Shown here: positions 7,266-14,816 of the stretch, one piece after another
How the letters are laid out: every line of letters begins with the position of its first letter
Numbering within the stretch: the stretch's first letter is position 1
Source of the DNA: Geobacter metallireducens GS-15
GTDB taxonomy: Bacteria > Desulfobacterota > Desulfuromonadia > Geobacterales > Geobacteraceae
Direction: 5' to 3'
Length of the DNA: 32,000 bases
Assembly (NCBI RefSeq): GCF_000012925.1
Contig: NC_007517.1
Location: 570,001 to 602,000 of the forward strand
Position numbers and translations under genes: made by a program
The notes under the pieces: generated by a model
Told to the model about the DNA's origin: nothing
The model's database searches: none
Seen by the model: only the letters and a program-made list of their open reading frames with translations

Positions 7266-8457
7266 CGGCGCCGAGAACTGCCGGGCCTGCCACCGGGACG
7301 CTGTTTCCGGTCCCCATGCCGCCATCGGCTGTACCCCCTGTCACGGGGACGACCGTTCCACGGTGGGGAATCCGGCCACCGCGGTTGACCGGGCCGCCCG
7401 TTGCGTCGCCTGCCACCGGGGCTTCGACCGGCTGTTCGATCACGCCATGGCGACCCGGACGGCGGAACGGCAGTTCGTGGCCAGAACCGTGGGGCGGTTC
7501 GATGGAGGATTCTGGGCCGACAACTGCACCGGCTGCCACGTTCGTGGCTGTCTCGACTGCCACGGCGGCAAGGGGCACGCCATGTCCCGACCCCGCGACG
7601 GCGTCTGTCTTGACTGTCACCGTGGCTATTTTGTGGGAAGCGACTACCACGGCCGGGCCCCCAGGGAGGACGCTTTCCGCTTCCAGCGGGGCCCCTTTGC
7701 CGGTGGAGAACAGTTTCTACCCATGCTTCCCGATGTCCATGCCGAGGCCGGCATCGGCTGCGGCGGCTGCCACGACATGGCGAGCCTGGCCGCCGGCAGG
7801 CGGAGCGGCAAGGGATGCCGCGACTGCCACGAACCCGACCAGAGGATAGTGGAGCACCGCATCCCTGCCCACAGGGAGCGGCTCGAATGCTACGCCTGCC
7901 ACTCGGCCTGGGCGCCCCAGGAGTACGGCACCTTCTGGCTCCGCTTCATCGACAGCCCCCGCCGCCAGGCGCGGTTCACGGCCATCCCCCATCAGGATGA
8001 GTGGGTAAAGAGCGCCTATCTCAAGCGGCAGGATGCCCCTCCCTTGGGGCTGAACAGTGCGGGGAAGGTGAGCCCCATTCGGCCGCAGTTCATCCTCTAT
8101 TTTTCAGATATCCGGAGCGAACGGGCGGTGGGGGAGGAGAACCGGCTCCTGGCCGCGGAGTGGAAGGCATTCTTCCCCCATACGGTCCGGCGGGGCACCG
8201 TCATGTGCGACGGCTGCCACGACAATCCGCGCCGCTTCCTCCTGGAGGGGGAAAAGGAGCGGATTTACCGGCTGAAGGATGATGGCTTGTCCCTGGAATC
8301 CTTCTGGCGCCGGGAGGGGCAGCGGGTGGTGAACGGGAGTTTCATGGACCCTGAACGGGTCAGGAAGATGGCCGTGAGGACACCGGCGTACACGAAGGGA
8401 TATATCGAGAAATGGCAGCGGTTGACCGGGGACGCCGGCACTTCATCGCGGCGCTGA
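7210..8457 (+). CDS. Decahaem c-type cytochrome (paralogous in its C-terminal half to the preceding 12-haem protein)
   Basis: ORF 7147-8457 trimmed to the ATG-ATG at 7210, giving the signal peptide MMHFIAVFWLAAALASPADG. Ten CXXCH motifs. Shared blocks with the upstream protein include LECY(S/A)CHS and GK(I/V)SP(V/I). It overlaps the upstream gene by 56 nt. Confidence 0.8.
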   Translation: MMHFIAVFWLAAALASPADGAENCRACHRDAVSGPHAAIGCTPCHGDDRSTVGNPATAVDRAARCVACHRGFDRLFDHAMATRTAERQFVARTVGRFDGGFWADNCTGCHVRGCLDCHGGKGHAMSRPRDGVCLDCHRGYFVGSDYHGRAPREDAFRFQRGPFAGGEQFLPMLPDVHAEAGIGCGGCHDMASLAAGRRSGKGCRDCHEPDQRIVEHRIPAHRERLECYACHSAWAPQEYGTFWLRFIDSPRRQARFTAIPHQDEWVKSAYLKRQDAPPLGLNSAGKVSPIRPQFILYFSDIRSERAVGEENRLLAAEWKAFFPHTVRRGTVMCDGCHDNPRRFLLEGEKERIYRLKDDGLSLESFWRREGQRVVNGSFMDPERVRKMAVRTPAYTKGYIEKWQRLTGDAGTSSRR

Positions 8458-8807
8458 TTGCGTTCATCGCTTCTTTAGCGGCGGCATGGCGGTTTCTTGT
8501 CCCCAAAAGGAGGGAATCCGGGGAGCGCTTCGTCATTGACATGGCGGCCGTTCCGCCACGGGGCGCCCTCGTCTATCGCGAACGCCGACTGGCGGTGATG
8601 CGGGATGGAGGTGAGATTTACGCCCTGAATCTGACCTGTACCCATCTCGGCTGTACCGTGACCGTAACCCCGGGGGAGATTGTCTGCCCCTGCCACGGCA
8701 GTCGCTTCGACCTCAAGGGCAATGTTCTGAAAGGGCCGGCCGACCGGCCCCTGGCCCGCCACCGGCTTGAAATCCGTGGTGGGAGGGTGGAGATTTATCC
8801 GGGATGA
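8412..8807 (+). CDS. Rieske [2Fe-2S] protein with a Tat-type signal
   Basis: Twin-arginine motif GRRHFIAAL followed by a TM helix. Rieske boxes CTHLGC and CPCHGS. It overlaps the upstream gene by 46 nt. Confidence 0.9.
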   Translation: MAAVDRGRRHFIAALIAFIASLAAAWRFLVPKRRESGERFVIDMAAVPPRGALVYRERRLAVMRDGGEIYALNLTCTHLGCTVTVTPGEIVCPCHGSRFDLKGNVLKGPADRPLARHRLEIRGGRVEIYPG

Positions 8808-9424
8808 TCAAGGAATTTGCCAAACATCTCTTCCCCCGGGTGGTGCTGCGGGAGAACCTGCGGTTCACCTACACCTTCTGTCTGGGGGGACTCGCCTTCA
8901 CGGCGCTCATCGCTCTGGCCGTGTCCGGGGTGCTGCTCCTGTTCTATTACCAGCCGACACCCGCCGGGGCCTTTGACTCCATCCTCTTCCTGGAATCGAC
9001 GGTCGTTGGCGGGAAGTACCTGCGGGGACTCCACCGGCTTGCCTCCCACGGACTTTTGGTCCTGCTGTTCCTCCATGTCCTTCGGGTGGTGCTCTCCGGC
9101 GCCTACCGGCCGCCGCGGGAGCTAACCTGGGTGGTGGGGGTGGGGCTTCTGGCGCTGTCGGTGTTCGAGGCGTACACCGGCTATCTCCTCCCCATGGACC
9201 AGTTGGCCTTCTGGGCGACCCGAACCGGTATGGAGCTTCTGGCCACCCTGCCTGGAGGTCCGTGGCTGAAGGCCGTCCTCGTCCCCGACGGAGTGGGGGA
9301 ACCCCTGTCGCTGCTGCGCTTTTACGCGCTCCATGTGGTAGTTGTCCCCGTGGCGGTGCTGGCCCTGTCGTTTCTCCACTTCTACCGGGTGCGCAAGACA
9401 AAGGGGATACTGCCGTATCTGTGA
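8804..9424 (+). CDS. Cytochrome b (b6-like N-terminal four-helix subunit)
   Basis: ATGA overlap with the Rieske stop. Two His pairs are placed in TM helices: HRLASHGLLVLLFLH (13 intervening residues between the outer His) and LHVVVVPVAVLALSFLH (14 intervening). This matches the bis-haem b ligation pattern. Confidence 0.85.
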   Translation: MIKEFAKHLFPRVVLRENLRFTYTFCLGGLAFTALIALAVSGVLLLFYYQPTPAGAFDSILFLESTVVGGKYLRGLHRLASHGLLVLLFLHVLRVVLSGAYRPPRELTWVVGVGLLALSVFEAYTGYLLPMDQLAFWATRTGMELLATLPGGPWLKAVLVPDGVGEPLSLLRFYALHVVVVPVAVLALSFLHFYRVRKTKGILPYL

Positions 9425-9431
9425 GGGCTCA

Positions 9432-9893
9432 ATGGCTGAAAGGATGGAAGTGAAAAACGACTTGAGGCGGGGACCGCGCGGCAGTGGCGAATACGTAAGG
9501 AGTTCCCCCCACTTTTTTCGCCTCGTCAAGCGGGCTTTCTGGGGGGGGCTGGTGGCCCTGGCGCTGCTGGCCATGGTTATCCCTGCGCCGCTTCTGGACC
9601 CAGCGAATCCGGGCGCGCCGCCGAATCCTGCCAAATCGGCCTGGTTTCTCCTCTGGACCCAGGAGGTGGTGAGCCACGGCAACGGCTTTGCCTGGATCAT
9701 CGTGGGGCTCTCCCTCTGGTTCCTGGCCCTGCCGTGGCTCGGTATGCACCGCCCCGAGCGCGCCGTCTGGTTTGGTGAGGGGAACCGCGCCGCTGCCTGG
9801 ACCACCATCGCCGTCTTTGCGGCCATCGTGTCAATGACGGTCCTGGCCATGTTCTTCAGGGGGGAAAATTGGTCGCTCGTCTCCCCCTTCTGA
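9432..9893 (+). CDS. Cytochrome b C-terminal / subunit IV-like membrane protein
   Basis: ORF 9342-9893 trimmed to the ATG at 9432 (MAERMEV...), just after the cytochrome b stop. It has three hydrophobic helices. The segment ANPGAPPNPAKSAWFLLWTQE is positioned like the P-E-W-Y region of PetD / cytochrome b C-terminus. Confidence 0.7.
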   Translation: MAERMEVKNDLRRGPRGSGEYVRSSPHFFRLVKRAFWGGLVALALLAMVIPAPLLDPANPGAPPNPAKSAWFLLWTQEVVSHGNGFAWIIVGLSLWFLALPWLGMHRPERAVWFGEGNRAAAWTTIAVFAAIVSMTVLAMFFRGENWSLVSPF

Positions 9894-10660
9894 TCCTGCT
9901 CTGCCTGGTGCTTGCCGCCTGCGTGGGGAAAGCGCCGGGCGAGGGGTGCCTCTCCTGCCACCCGTCCCATTACGCCGAGCGGGGGAGTTGTGTCTCCTGC
10001 CACCGGGGGAACGGGAAGAGCGTCCGCAAAGCCATTGCCCACCATCGGCTCATTCCGGCGGAACTTGCCCATTTTACGGTTCCGGGAAGTCGCCGGGTGG
10101 AGGAGGGGAAGCGTTTGGTAGAGCGGTTCGGCTGCCGCCGCTGCCACAACCTGGGCGGCAAGGGGACACGGCTTGCCGCCGATCTGGACCGTCTGGCCGG
10201 TGACGACCCGGTGCGGCTCTTCGGCGCCATCAAACGGCCGGTCCTCTTTATGCCCGACTTTCATTTCGACGACCGGCAAACGGCCGGCCTGGTCAATGCC
10301 GTCATGGCTTTTGCCGCGAAAGCTCCGCGGCCCGTAAGTGGCGGGCTTCCGGTTGTCGTTCACTTCGCCTCCCCCCAGCAAGGGGAGAAGAACATCTTTG
10401 AGAAAAAATGCGGTGGCTGCCATCGGCTGCTGACGGCCCGCGAGGGAGCGCTGGGTAACGGCGACGTCGCTCCCAATCTCTCGGGGCTATTTACCCCCTT
10501 CTACCCGACTCCCTTCAAGCCCGGCGAGCCATGGACCCCCGAACGGCTCGGACGCTGGCTCGACAATCCCAGGGCCGTGCGGCCGGACACCCCGATGCCG
10601 CCGGTGCGCCTTTCTCTCACTGAAAAAAAACAACTGACAGAGATGCTGAAAATCGATTAG
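9869..10660 (+). CDS. Tetrahaem c-type cytochrome lipoprotein
   Basis: The ORF-track start is TTG at 9869, which is uncertain. Lipobox LVLAAC. Four CXXCH sites: CLSCH, CVSCH, CRRCH, CGGCH. Confidence 0.8.
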   Translation: MVARLPLLILLCLVLAACVGKAPGEGCLSCHPSHYAERGSCVSCHRGNGKSVRKAIAHHRLIPAELAHFTVPGSRRVEEGKRLVERFGCRRCHNLGGKGTRLAADLDRLAGDDPVRLFGAIKRPVLFMPDFHFDDRQTAGLVNAVMAFAAKAPRPVSGGLPVVVHFASPQQGEKNIFEKKCGGCHRLLTAREGALGNGDVAPNLSGLFTPFYPTPFKPGEPWTPERLGRWLDNPRAVRPDTPMPPVRLSLTEKKQLTEMLKID

Positions 10661-11247
10661 CACCGTTCCGTTTTTATCAACGGGATGCGGAACCTTCTCC
10701 CCACGATGGTGTGGTGGCGGTTGCGTAGTTCCGCCATGGTGCCGTCGAGAAAGGCCGGGATAGCCGGTTCCCCGTGCTCTGCCAGGTAGGCATCCACGAG
10801 GGTTCCCATGTATGCGTTGAACTTTCGCGTGGAGCTGCCGTGGGCGAAATTGCGGCCCGGAAAGCGGCGGATGTCGCCGTCGAAGGCGGGCGAGATGTGG
10901 AAGAGTTCGTGGAAGATGGTGATGAGTTTTTCCCTGGGGGTGAGGTCGAAAAAGCGGGGGACCAGGAAGTAGATGACGTAGAGGATTTCATTGCCCCGGT
11001 GGGTCACTGACGGCATGGTGCTCCGGTAGGTGTGGCGACCCCGCTGCCGTTCGATGCTCTTCGCCCCTCCGGGGAACCGGAGGGGGTGGATCTTGGCGTA
11101 TGTTCCCCGGATGCCCCCGCTCCGGGTTGACGAGATGCAGATCAGGAGCCGGGACGGATCGATGTGGCACATCTCCGGAACGTGGCCCGCGATGTGGGTT
11201 ACGAGCTGTTCCAGTTCACGGGTGAGATTAAGGACGGTCCCCCCCAT
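10657..11247 (-). CDS. Hypothetical protein with an HExxH (zinc-metallopeptidase-like) motif
   Basis: 196-aa ORF with normal protein composition and the motif IFHELFHISP. Its stop overlaps the stop of the convergent cytochrome gene by 4 nt. The functional assignment is weak. Confidence 0.7.
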   Translation of the reverse strand: MGGTVLNLTRELEQLVTHIAGHVPEMCHIDPSRLLICISSTRSGGIRGTYAKIHPLRFPGGAKSIERQRGRHTYRSTMPSVTHRGNEILYVIYFLVPRFFDLTPREKLITIFHELFHISPAFDGDIRRFPGRNFAHGSSTRKFNAYMGTLVDAYLAEHGEPAIPAFLDGTMAELRNRHHTIVGRRFRIPLIKTERC

Positions 11248-11259
11248 GGCGCAGGCAGA

Positions 11260-11550
11260 TTACTTCGACTTGAATTTGTGGCAGAACAGGCAGCGCATGG
11301 GGCCGTCGGCCGGTTTCACCGGGTGTTCCTTGGGGAAGGGGATGCCGCCGGGGCCCTCAAAGTGGCACGATGGGCATTGCGCGTCCAGATCGATCTTGGT
11401 GGCGCCGCTGTTGAACGCATCGTAGAACCGCTTGTGGGCATCGTCATGGGGGACCTTCTTGGTCTTCACCTCGCCGGATATGGCCCAGAACCCGCCAAAC
11501 ACGGCGATGATGAGAATGATGAAAAACCAGTCTTTCTTTGCCAGCTTCAT
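11260..11550 (-). CDS. Membrane-anchored dihaem c-type cytochrome (96 aa)
   Basis: GGAGG RBS 5 nt upstream of the ATG. N-terminal TM helix WFFIILIIAVFGGFWAI. Two haem sites, CPSCH and CLFCH. Confidence 0.85.
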   Translation of the reverse strand: MKLAKKDWFFIILIIAVFGGFWAISGEVKTKKVPHDDAHKRFYDAFNSGATKIDLDAQCPSCHFEGPGGIPFPKEHPVKPADGPMRCLFCHKFKSK

Positions 11551-11565
11551 GAAACCTCCGAAAGG

Positions 11566-11702
11566 CCGGGACCAGGGACCGGGGACCGGGGACCAGGAAA
11601 AACATGCTGATCCTGTTACCGTCTCGGTCGCGTTGCCGTGGTTCCGTGATTGTCTTTTTCTTTTGTTTTTACCGGTCCCCGGTCCCCGGTCCCGGGTCCC
11701 CG
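11566..11702. repeat. Imperfect inverted repeat built from GGGGACC / GGTCCCC heptamers (arms 11566-11597 and 11671-11702, 73-nt spacer)
   Basis: The left arm is CCGGGACCAGGGACCGGGGACCGGGGACCAGG. The reverse complement of the right arm is CGGGGACCCGGGACCGGGGACCGGGGACCGGT. They share 20 contiguous matching positions plus 6 more across one mismatch. Each arm carries four G3-4 tracts on one strand. Confidence 0.85.
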
Positions 11703-12460
11703 AATTTTGCGCAGCCGATGGCTCCGTTGTGTTGAGGGTGTTCCGGCACGATCACCGTGAGCCTCGTTTTTTCTTCCAGCAGTCTGACAACCCCTCTGTT
11801 TTGGGCTACCCCTCCGGTCAGGACGATGGTCTCCGATGCGAAACGCTTGAGCATCGGCATGACCCGCGTGACGAGGGTCTGGTTCACCCCGGCGCAGAGC
11901 CGTTCCACCGGGTGTCCCCTGAGGATCTGGCCGATGAGCTCCGACTCCCCGAAGATGCCGCAGGTGGCGTCGAGCTTTACCGGGTCCTCCCAGTGGGAGG
12001 AGAGCTCGTCGAGGGAAAGCTCCAGGATTGCGGCCATGTTTTCCAGGTAGCGGCCGCTGGAGGCGGCGCACTTGTCGTTCATGACAAAGTCGGCCAGCTT
12101 TCCTTCACGCACGAGGGCCACCTTGGTGTCCTGCCCCCCCATGTCCAGGAGGGTGAAGTCCCGAAGTCCCGTCTGGAGCAGTGCCCCGGCCACGTGGGCC
12201 CTTATTTCCGAGATAACCTTCGCTCCCTTGAGGGAGAGCGTGTTGCGGCCGTAGCCGGTGACCACCACCGCGGCCCCGGCTAGTTCATCGGCGGAGAAGA
12301 TGCCGCTTGCCGCCAGGTCCAGTTCCAGCTCATCCTCGGCGAGGCGGCCGTAGCGCTTGTAGAAGGTGACGGTGTCGTGGTCCGCCAGTCGCACGATCCG
12401 CTCCCCGTCCAGGAGGGCGAACTTGGCTTTTCTGCTTCCCAAATCTATGCCGATCCGCAT
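11669..12460 (-). CDS. BadF/BadG/BcrA/BcrD-type ATPase (2-hydroxyacyl-CoA dehydratase activase, HgdC-like)
   Basis: MRIGIDLGSRKAKFAL is an ASKHA phosphate-1 motif. The cluster-ligand contexts NDKCAASSGRYLE and LDATCGIFGESEL are typical of HgdC-type activators. The last 10 codons (GDPGPGTGDR) are encoded by the heptamer repeat arm. Confidence 0.85.
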   Translation of the reverse strand: MRIGIDLGSRKAKFALLDGERIVRLADHDTVTFYKRYGRLAEDELELDLAASGIFSADELAGAAVVVTGYGRNTLSLKGAKVISEIRAHVAGALLQTGLRDFTLLDMGGQDTKVALVREGKLADFVMNDKCAASSGRYLENMAAILELSLDELSSHWEDPVKLDATCGIFGESELIGQILRGHPVERLCAGVNQTLVTRVMPMLKRFASETIVLTGGVAQNRGVVRLLEEKTRLTVIVPEHPQHNGAIGCAKFGDPGPGTGDR

Positions 12461-12466
12461 AGTTCG

Positions 12467-13444
12467 TTACCCTGCCAGCATTTCGAGGAATCCCTCGATC
12501 CGGATTTTTGTGCGGGCGTCCAGGGGGGTCGGCTTGTCCCCCTCTAGGGTCAGGATGGGGAGAGGCACCTTCTGGCGCACGATCATGTCCTCGATCTGCC
12601 GGAAGCAGAAGGACTGGACGTAGTGGATGACCGCGTCCACCTTGCGCCGCTCCAGCTCCAGAAGGATGTCGGAGAGGCGGTGGAAGATGTCATAGGGATA
12701 GGTGTAAACATGGTACTGCTCAACCATGTCCTGCGTGTCGTAGGGCATGGCGAACTGGCGCTGGGTTTCATTGAACACCACCCGTGCCCCCAGGCTCTCC
12801 GTGAACTGGTAAAGGTCGTCGAAGATGGGGGGGACCCCGATGTAGGCGAGCCGCAGCGTGTCCTTGAAGGGGGTGCGGTTTTTCGCCTCGGCCAGGAAGG
12901 CGTCCACGTCGGCCTCGAAGCGGTCCGGATCGCTGTTCATGTCCGACGTGCAGACTTGATAGTAGTGGTTTTCCGCGCCGGTCACCCGGTTCTCCTCCCA
13001 GGTGAGACGGTCGATTTCCCTGACTTTGCGCCGGATGCGCCCCAGCCGTTCCCGGGAGAGGTTGACCGCGTCCCATCCCACGCCGAAATGGCGCATGAGC
13101 TTCTCGATTTCGAACCGGATGCTCTCCGGCTGCCGGTCATGGGGATAGGCAAAGGGGACCGTCTCCACCCCCTTGAGGGAGAGCACTTCCATGAGCGCCC
13201 GGGTGTTGCTGCAATCCCCCTCGGTTACCGCTATCAGTTCTTTTATCCCCTTTTCGAGGATCGCCGCGTACATCCCCTTGATCCAGCTGCAGGTGCTGCG
13301 GGGGAAGCCGTCCACCTCTGCCTCCTCGATGAGCTGGTGGCTCCGGGGGCTGGTGATGAAGACGTTGTTCAGGTCCACGGGGACCTTTTCCGCCGCAAGG
13401 ATCACTTCCAGCGGGATAGTGGTGGTAAAGCCGACACGGTGCAC
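12467..13444 (-). CDS. 2-hydroxyacyl-CoA dehydratase / benzoyl-CoA reductase subunit-family protein (single D-component-like subunit)
   Basis: ORF 12467-13492 trimmed to the GTG at complement 13442-13444 (VHRVGFTTTIPLEV...). A GGAG lies 8-11 nt upstream, and the upstream gene stop lies just beyond it. Conserved Cys contexts (STCSWIKG, EGDCSNT, SFCFRQ) are consistent with the HGD-D family. The start is uncertain. Confidence 0.75.
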   Translation of the reverse strand: MHRVGFTTTIPLEVILAAEKVPVDLNNVFITSPRSHQLIEEAEVDGFPRSTCSWIKGMYAAILEKGIKELIAVTEGDCSNTRALMEVLSLKGVETVPFAYPHDRQPESIRFEIEKLMRHFGVGWDAVNLSRERLGRIRRKVREIDRLTWEENRVTGAENHYYQVCTSDMNSDPDRFEADVDAFLAEAKNRTPFKDTLRLAYIGVPPIFDDLYQFTESLGARVVFNETQRQFAMPYDTQDMVEQYHVYTYPYDIFHRLSDILLELERRKVDAVIHYVQSFCFRQIEDMIVRQKVPLPILTLEGDKPTPLDARTKIRIEGFLEMLAG

Positions 13445-13448
13445 GGGG

Positions 13449-13790
13449 CTACTCCGATTTGATGAAGAGGAAATAGATGAGGAAGCCGCCAATCACGAGC
13501 CCGCCAAAGGCAAAGGGGAGGGTGGAGCTGAGGGAAAGTTCGTTTCCCTCGCCGGCGGGAAGCGTAAAGCGGATCAGGAGCGCAATGGAAACCACGGCGA
13601 AGAGAAACGCCAGCACGGCCTTGGAGCGCTTGATGACGGCGTAGAAGACCAGGATCGTGAAGAGGCCGATGATCCACGGGTTTTCCATGGCTCCCTTGAG
13701 GGTGAGGTTCTTCACGAAGGTGACGATGTTCTGGGTCTCGAAGGGGGTGAGGGCTTCCTGCCCCTTGTTGAGCATTTCCTGTTTGTCCAT
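13449..13790 (-). CDS. Small integral membrane protein (about 3 TM helices)
   Basis: 113-aa ORF with a GGGAG RBS. A soluble N-terminus of about 35 aa is followed by hydrophobic helices (WIIGLFTILVFYAVI, AFLFAVVSIALLI, FGGLVIGGFLIYFLF). It is the first gene of the minus-strand operon. Confidence 0.7.
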   Translation of the reverse strand: MDKQEMLNKGQEALTPFETQNIVTFVKNLTLKGAMENPWIIGLFTILVFYAVIKRSKAVLAFLFAVVSIALLIRFTLPAGEGNELSLSSTLPFAFGGLVIGGFLIYFLFIKSE

Positions 13791-13831
13791 GGGGGCTCCC
13801 GATGGTGTGGGGTTGCTGCGGCGTTCCCGTC

Positions 13832-13860
13832 TATATAGCAGATTTTGCTTGGAAAATGAA
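13832..13860 (-). promoter_or_regulatory. Candidate sigma-70 promoter with extended -10 (TTCATT-N17-TATATA, with the spacer ending in the TGC extended -10 element) for the minus-strand operon
   Basis: Motif reading of the reverse complement of the AT-rich divergent region. There is no experimental support. Confidence 0.3.
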
Positions 13861-13895
13861 GCGTTCAGCTGTTGTTTCCCCGGGGGGCAAATACC

Positions 13896-13925
13896 TTGAC
13901 ATTTTGTCGACGGCTCACCTACTAT
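13896..13925 (+). promoter_or_regulatory. Candidate sigma-70 promoter for murI (TTGACA-N18-TACTAT)
   Basis: A perfect -35 hexamer at 13896-13901 and a 4/6 -10 hexamer at 13920-13925, located 55 nt upstream of the murI ATG. Confidence 0.4.
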
Positions 13926-13980
13926 ATATATTTTTTATTATTCCAACAACCGAAAGCACCGGCCGTTCGGGTCGGACCGG

Positions 13981-14811
13981 ATGCGCGGAGAAGAAACCTT
14001 GCCCTGGAAAGCCATCGGCATCTTTGACTCGGGGGTCGGCGGCCTCACCGTCCTCAAGGAGATCATCAAGGCCCTCCCCCAGGAGGACACCATCTATTTC
14101 GGCGACACGGCCCGGGTTCCCTACGGGACCAAGTCCCCGGAAACCGTCACCCGCTACAGCCTCGAAATCGCTTCGTTCCTCGTGCACCGCGATATCAAAC
14201 TCCTGGTGGTGGCCTGCAACACCGCCTCGGCCTGCGCCCTGGAAGCCCTGCAGCAGACTCTCTCAATCCCCGTGGTCGGCGTCATCGAGCCTGGGGCCCG
14301 CCGGGCCGCCGCCGTCACCCGCAGCGGCAGGGTGGGGGTGATCGGCACCGAGGGGACCATCCGGAGCAGCGCCTATGCCAAGGCCATCAAGCGGATTAAC
14401 CCCGAGGTGGAGGTGGTGACCCGGGCCTGTCCCCTCTTCGTTCCCCTGGCCGAGGAGGGGTGGACCGACAACGAGGTGGCGCACCTGACCGCCCGCACCT
14501 ACCTGTCGGGGCTGCGGGAGGCGGGGGTCGACACCCTGGTCCTCGGCTGCACCCACTATCCCCTTCTCAAGCGGGTCATCGGCGAGACCATCGGCGAGGA
14601 GGTGAAGTTGGTGGACTCTGCCGAGGAAACGGCCCGCATCGTGGCGGAAATCCTCCGGGGGGGGGAACTCCTGCGTCCCACCTCCGAGCAGGGAAACCAC
14701 CACTACTTCGTGTCCGATGTGCCGGCGGGGTTCATCCGGGTCGGTAACCGGTTCCTCGGGGGGAAACTGGGCGACGTCTATCAGGTGAGCCTCGAGGCGG
14801 AAAAGGAATAG
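13981..14811 (+). CDS. murI: Glutamate racemase
   Basis: Motifs GIFDSGVGGLTV, VVACNTASA and LGCTHYPLL, which include the two catalytic Cys contexts. Confidence 0.95.
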   Translation: MRGEETLPWKAIGIFDSGVGGLTVLKEIIKALPQEDTIYFGDTARVPYGTKSPETVTRYSLEIASFLVHRDIKLLVVACNTASACALEALQQTLSIPVVGVIEPGARRAAAVTRSGRVGVIGTEGTIRSSAYAKAIKRINPEVEVVTRACPLFVPLAEEGWTDNEVAHLTARTYLSGLREAGVDTLVLGCTHYPLLKRVIGETIGEEVKLVDSAEETARIVAEILRGGELLRPTSEQGNHHYFVSDVPAGFIRVGNRFLGGKLGDVYQVSLEAEKE

Positions 14812-14816
14812 GAGCC

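Noticed and set aside
4086-10423. Long reverse-strand ORFs 4086-5285, 5736-7325, 7117-7650 and 9122-10423, and + strand off-frame ORFs such as 6320-6760 and 7316-7849
   Set aside because: All overlap forward-strand genes whose frames carry regularly spaced CXXCH, Rieske or bis-His cytochrome b motifs. None has a motif, signal peptide or RBS of its own.
11566-11702. CRISPR array or minisatellite, considering the heptamer repeats here and at 22540-22574
   Set aside because: The units are 7 nt with no spacers, and there are only 4-5 copies. This is incompatible with CRISPR repeat/spacer architecture, and no cas genes are present.
11432-13462. + strand ORFs 11432-12283 and 12623-13462 opposite the activase and dehydratase-like genes
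   Set aside because: The minus-strand frames contain the ASKHA/HgdC and HGD-D family signatures. The + strand products are repetitive Gly/Val/Asp/His-rich antisense translations.
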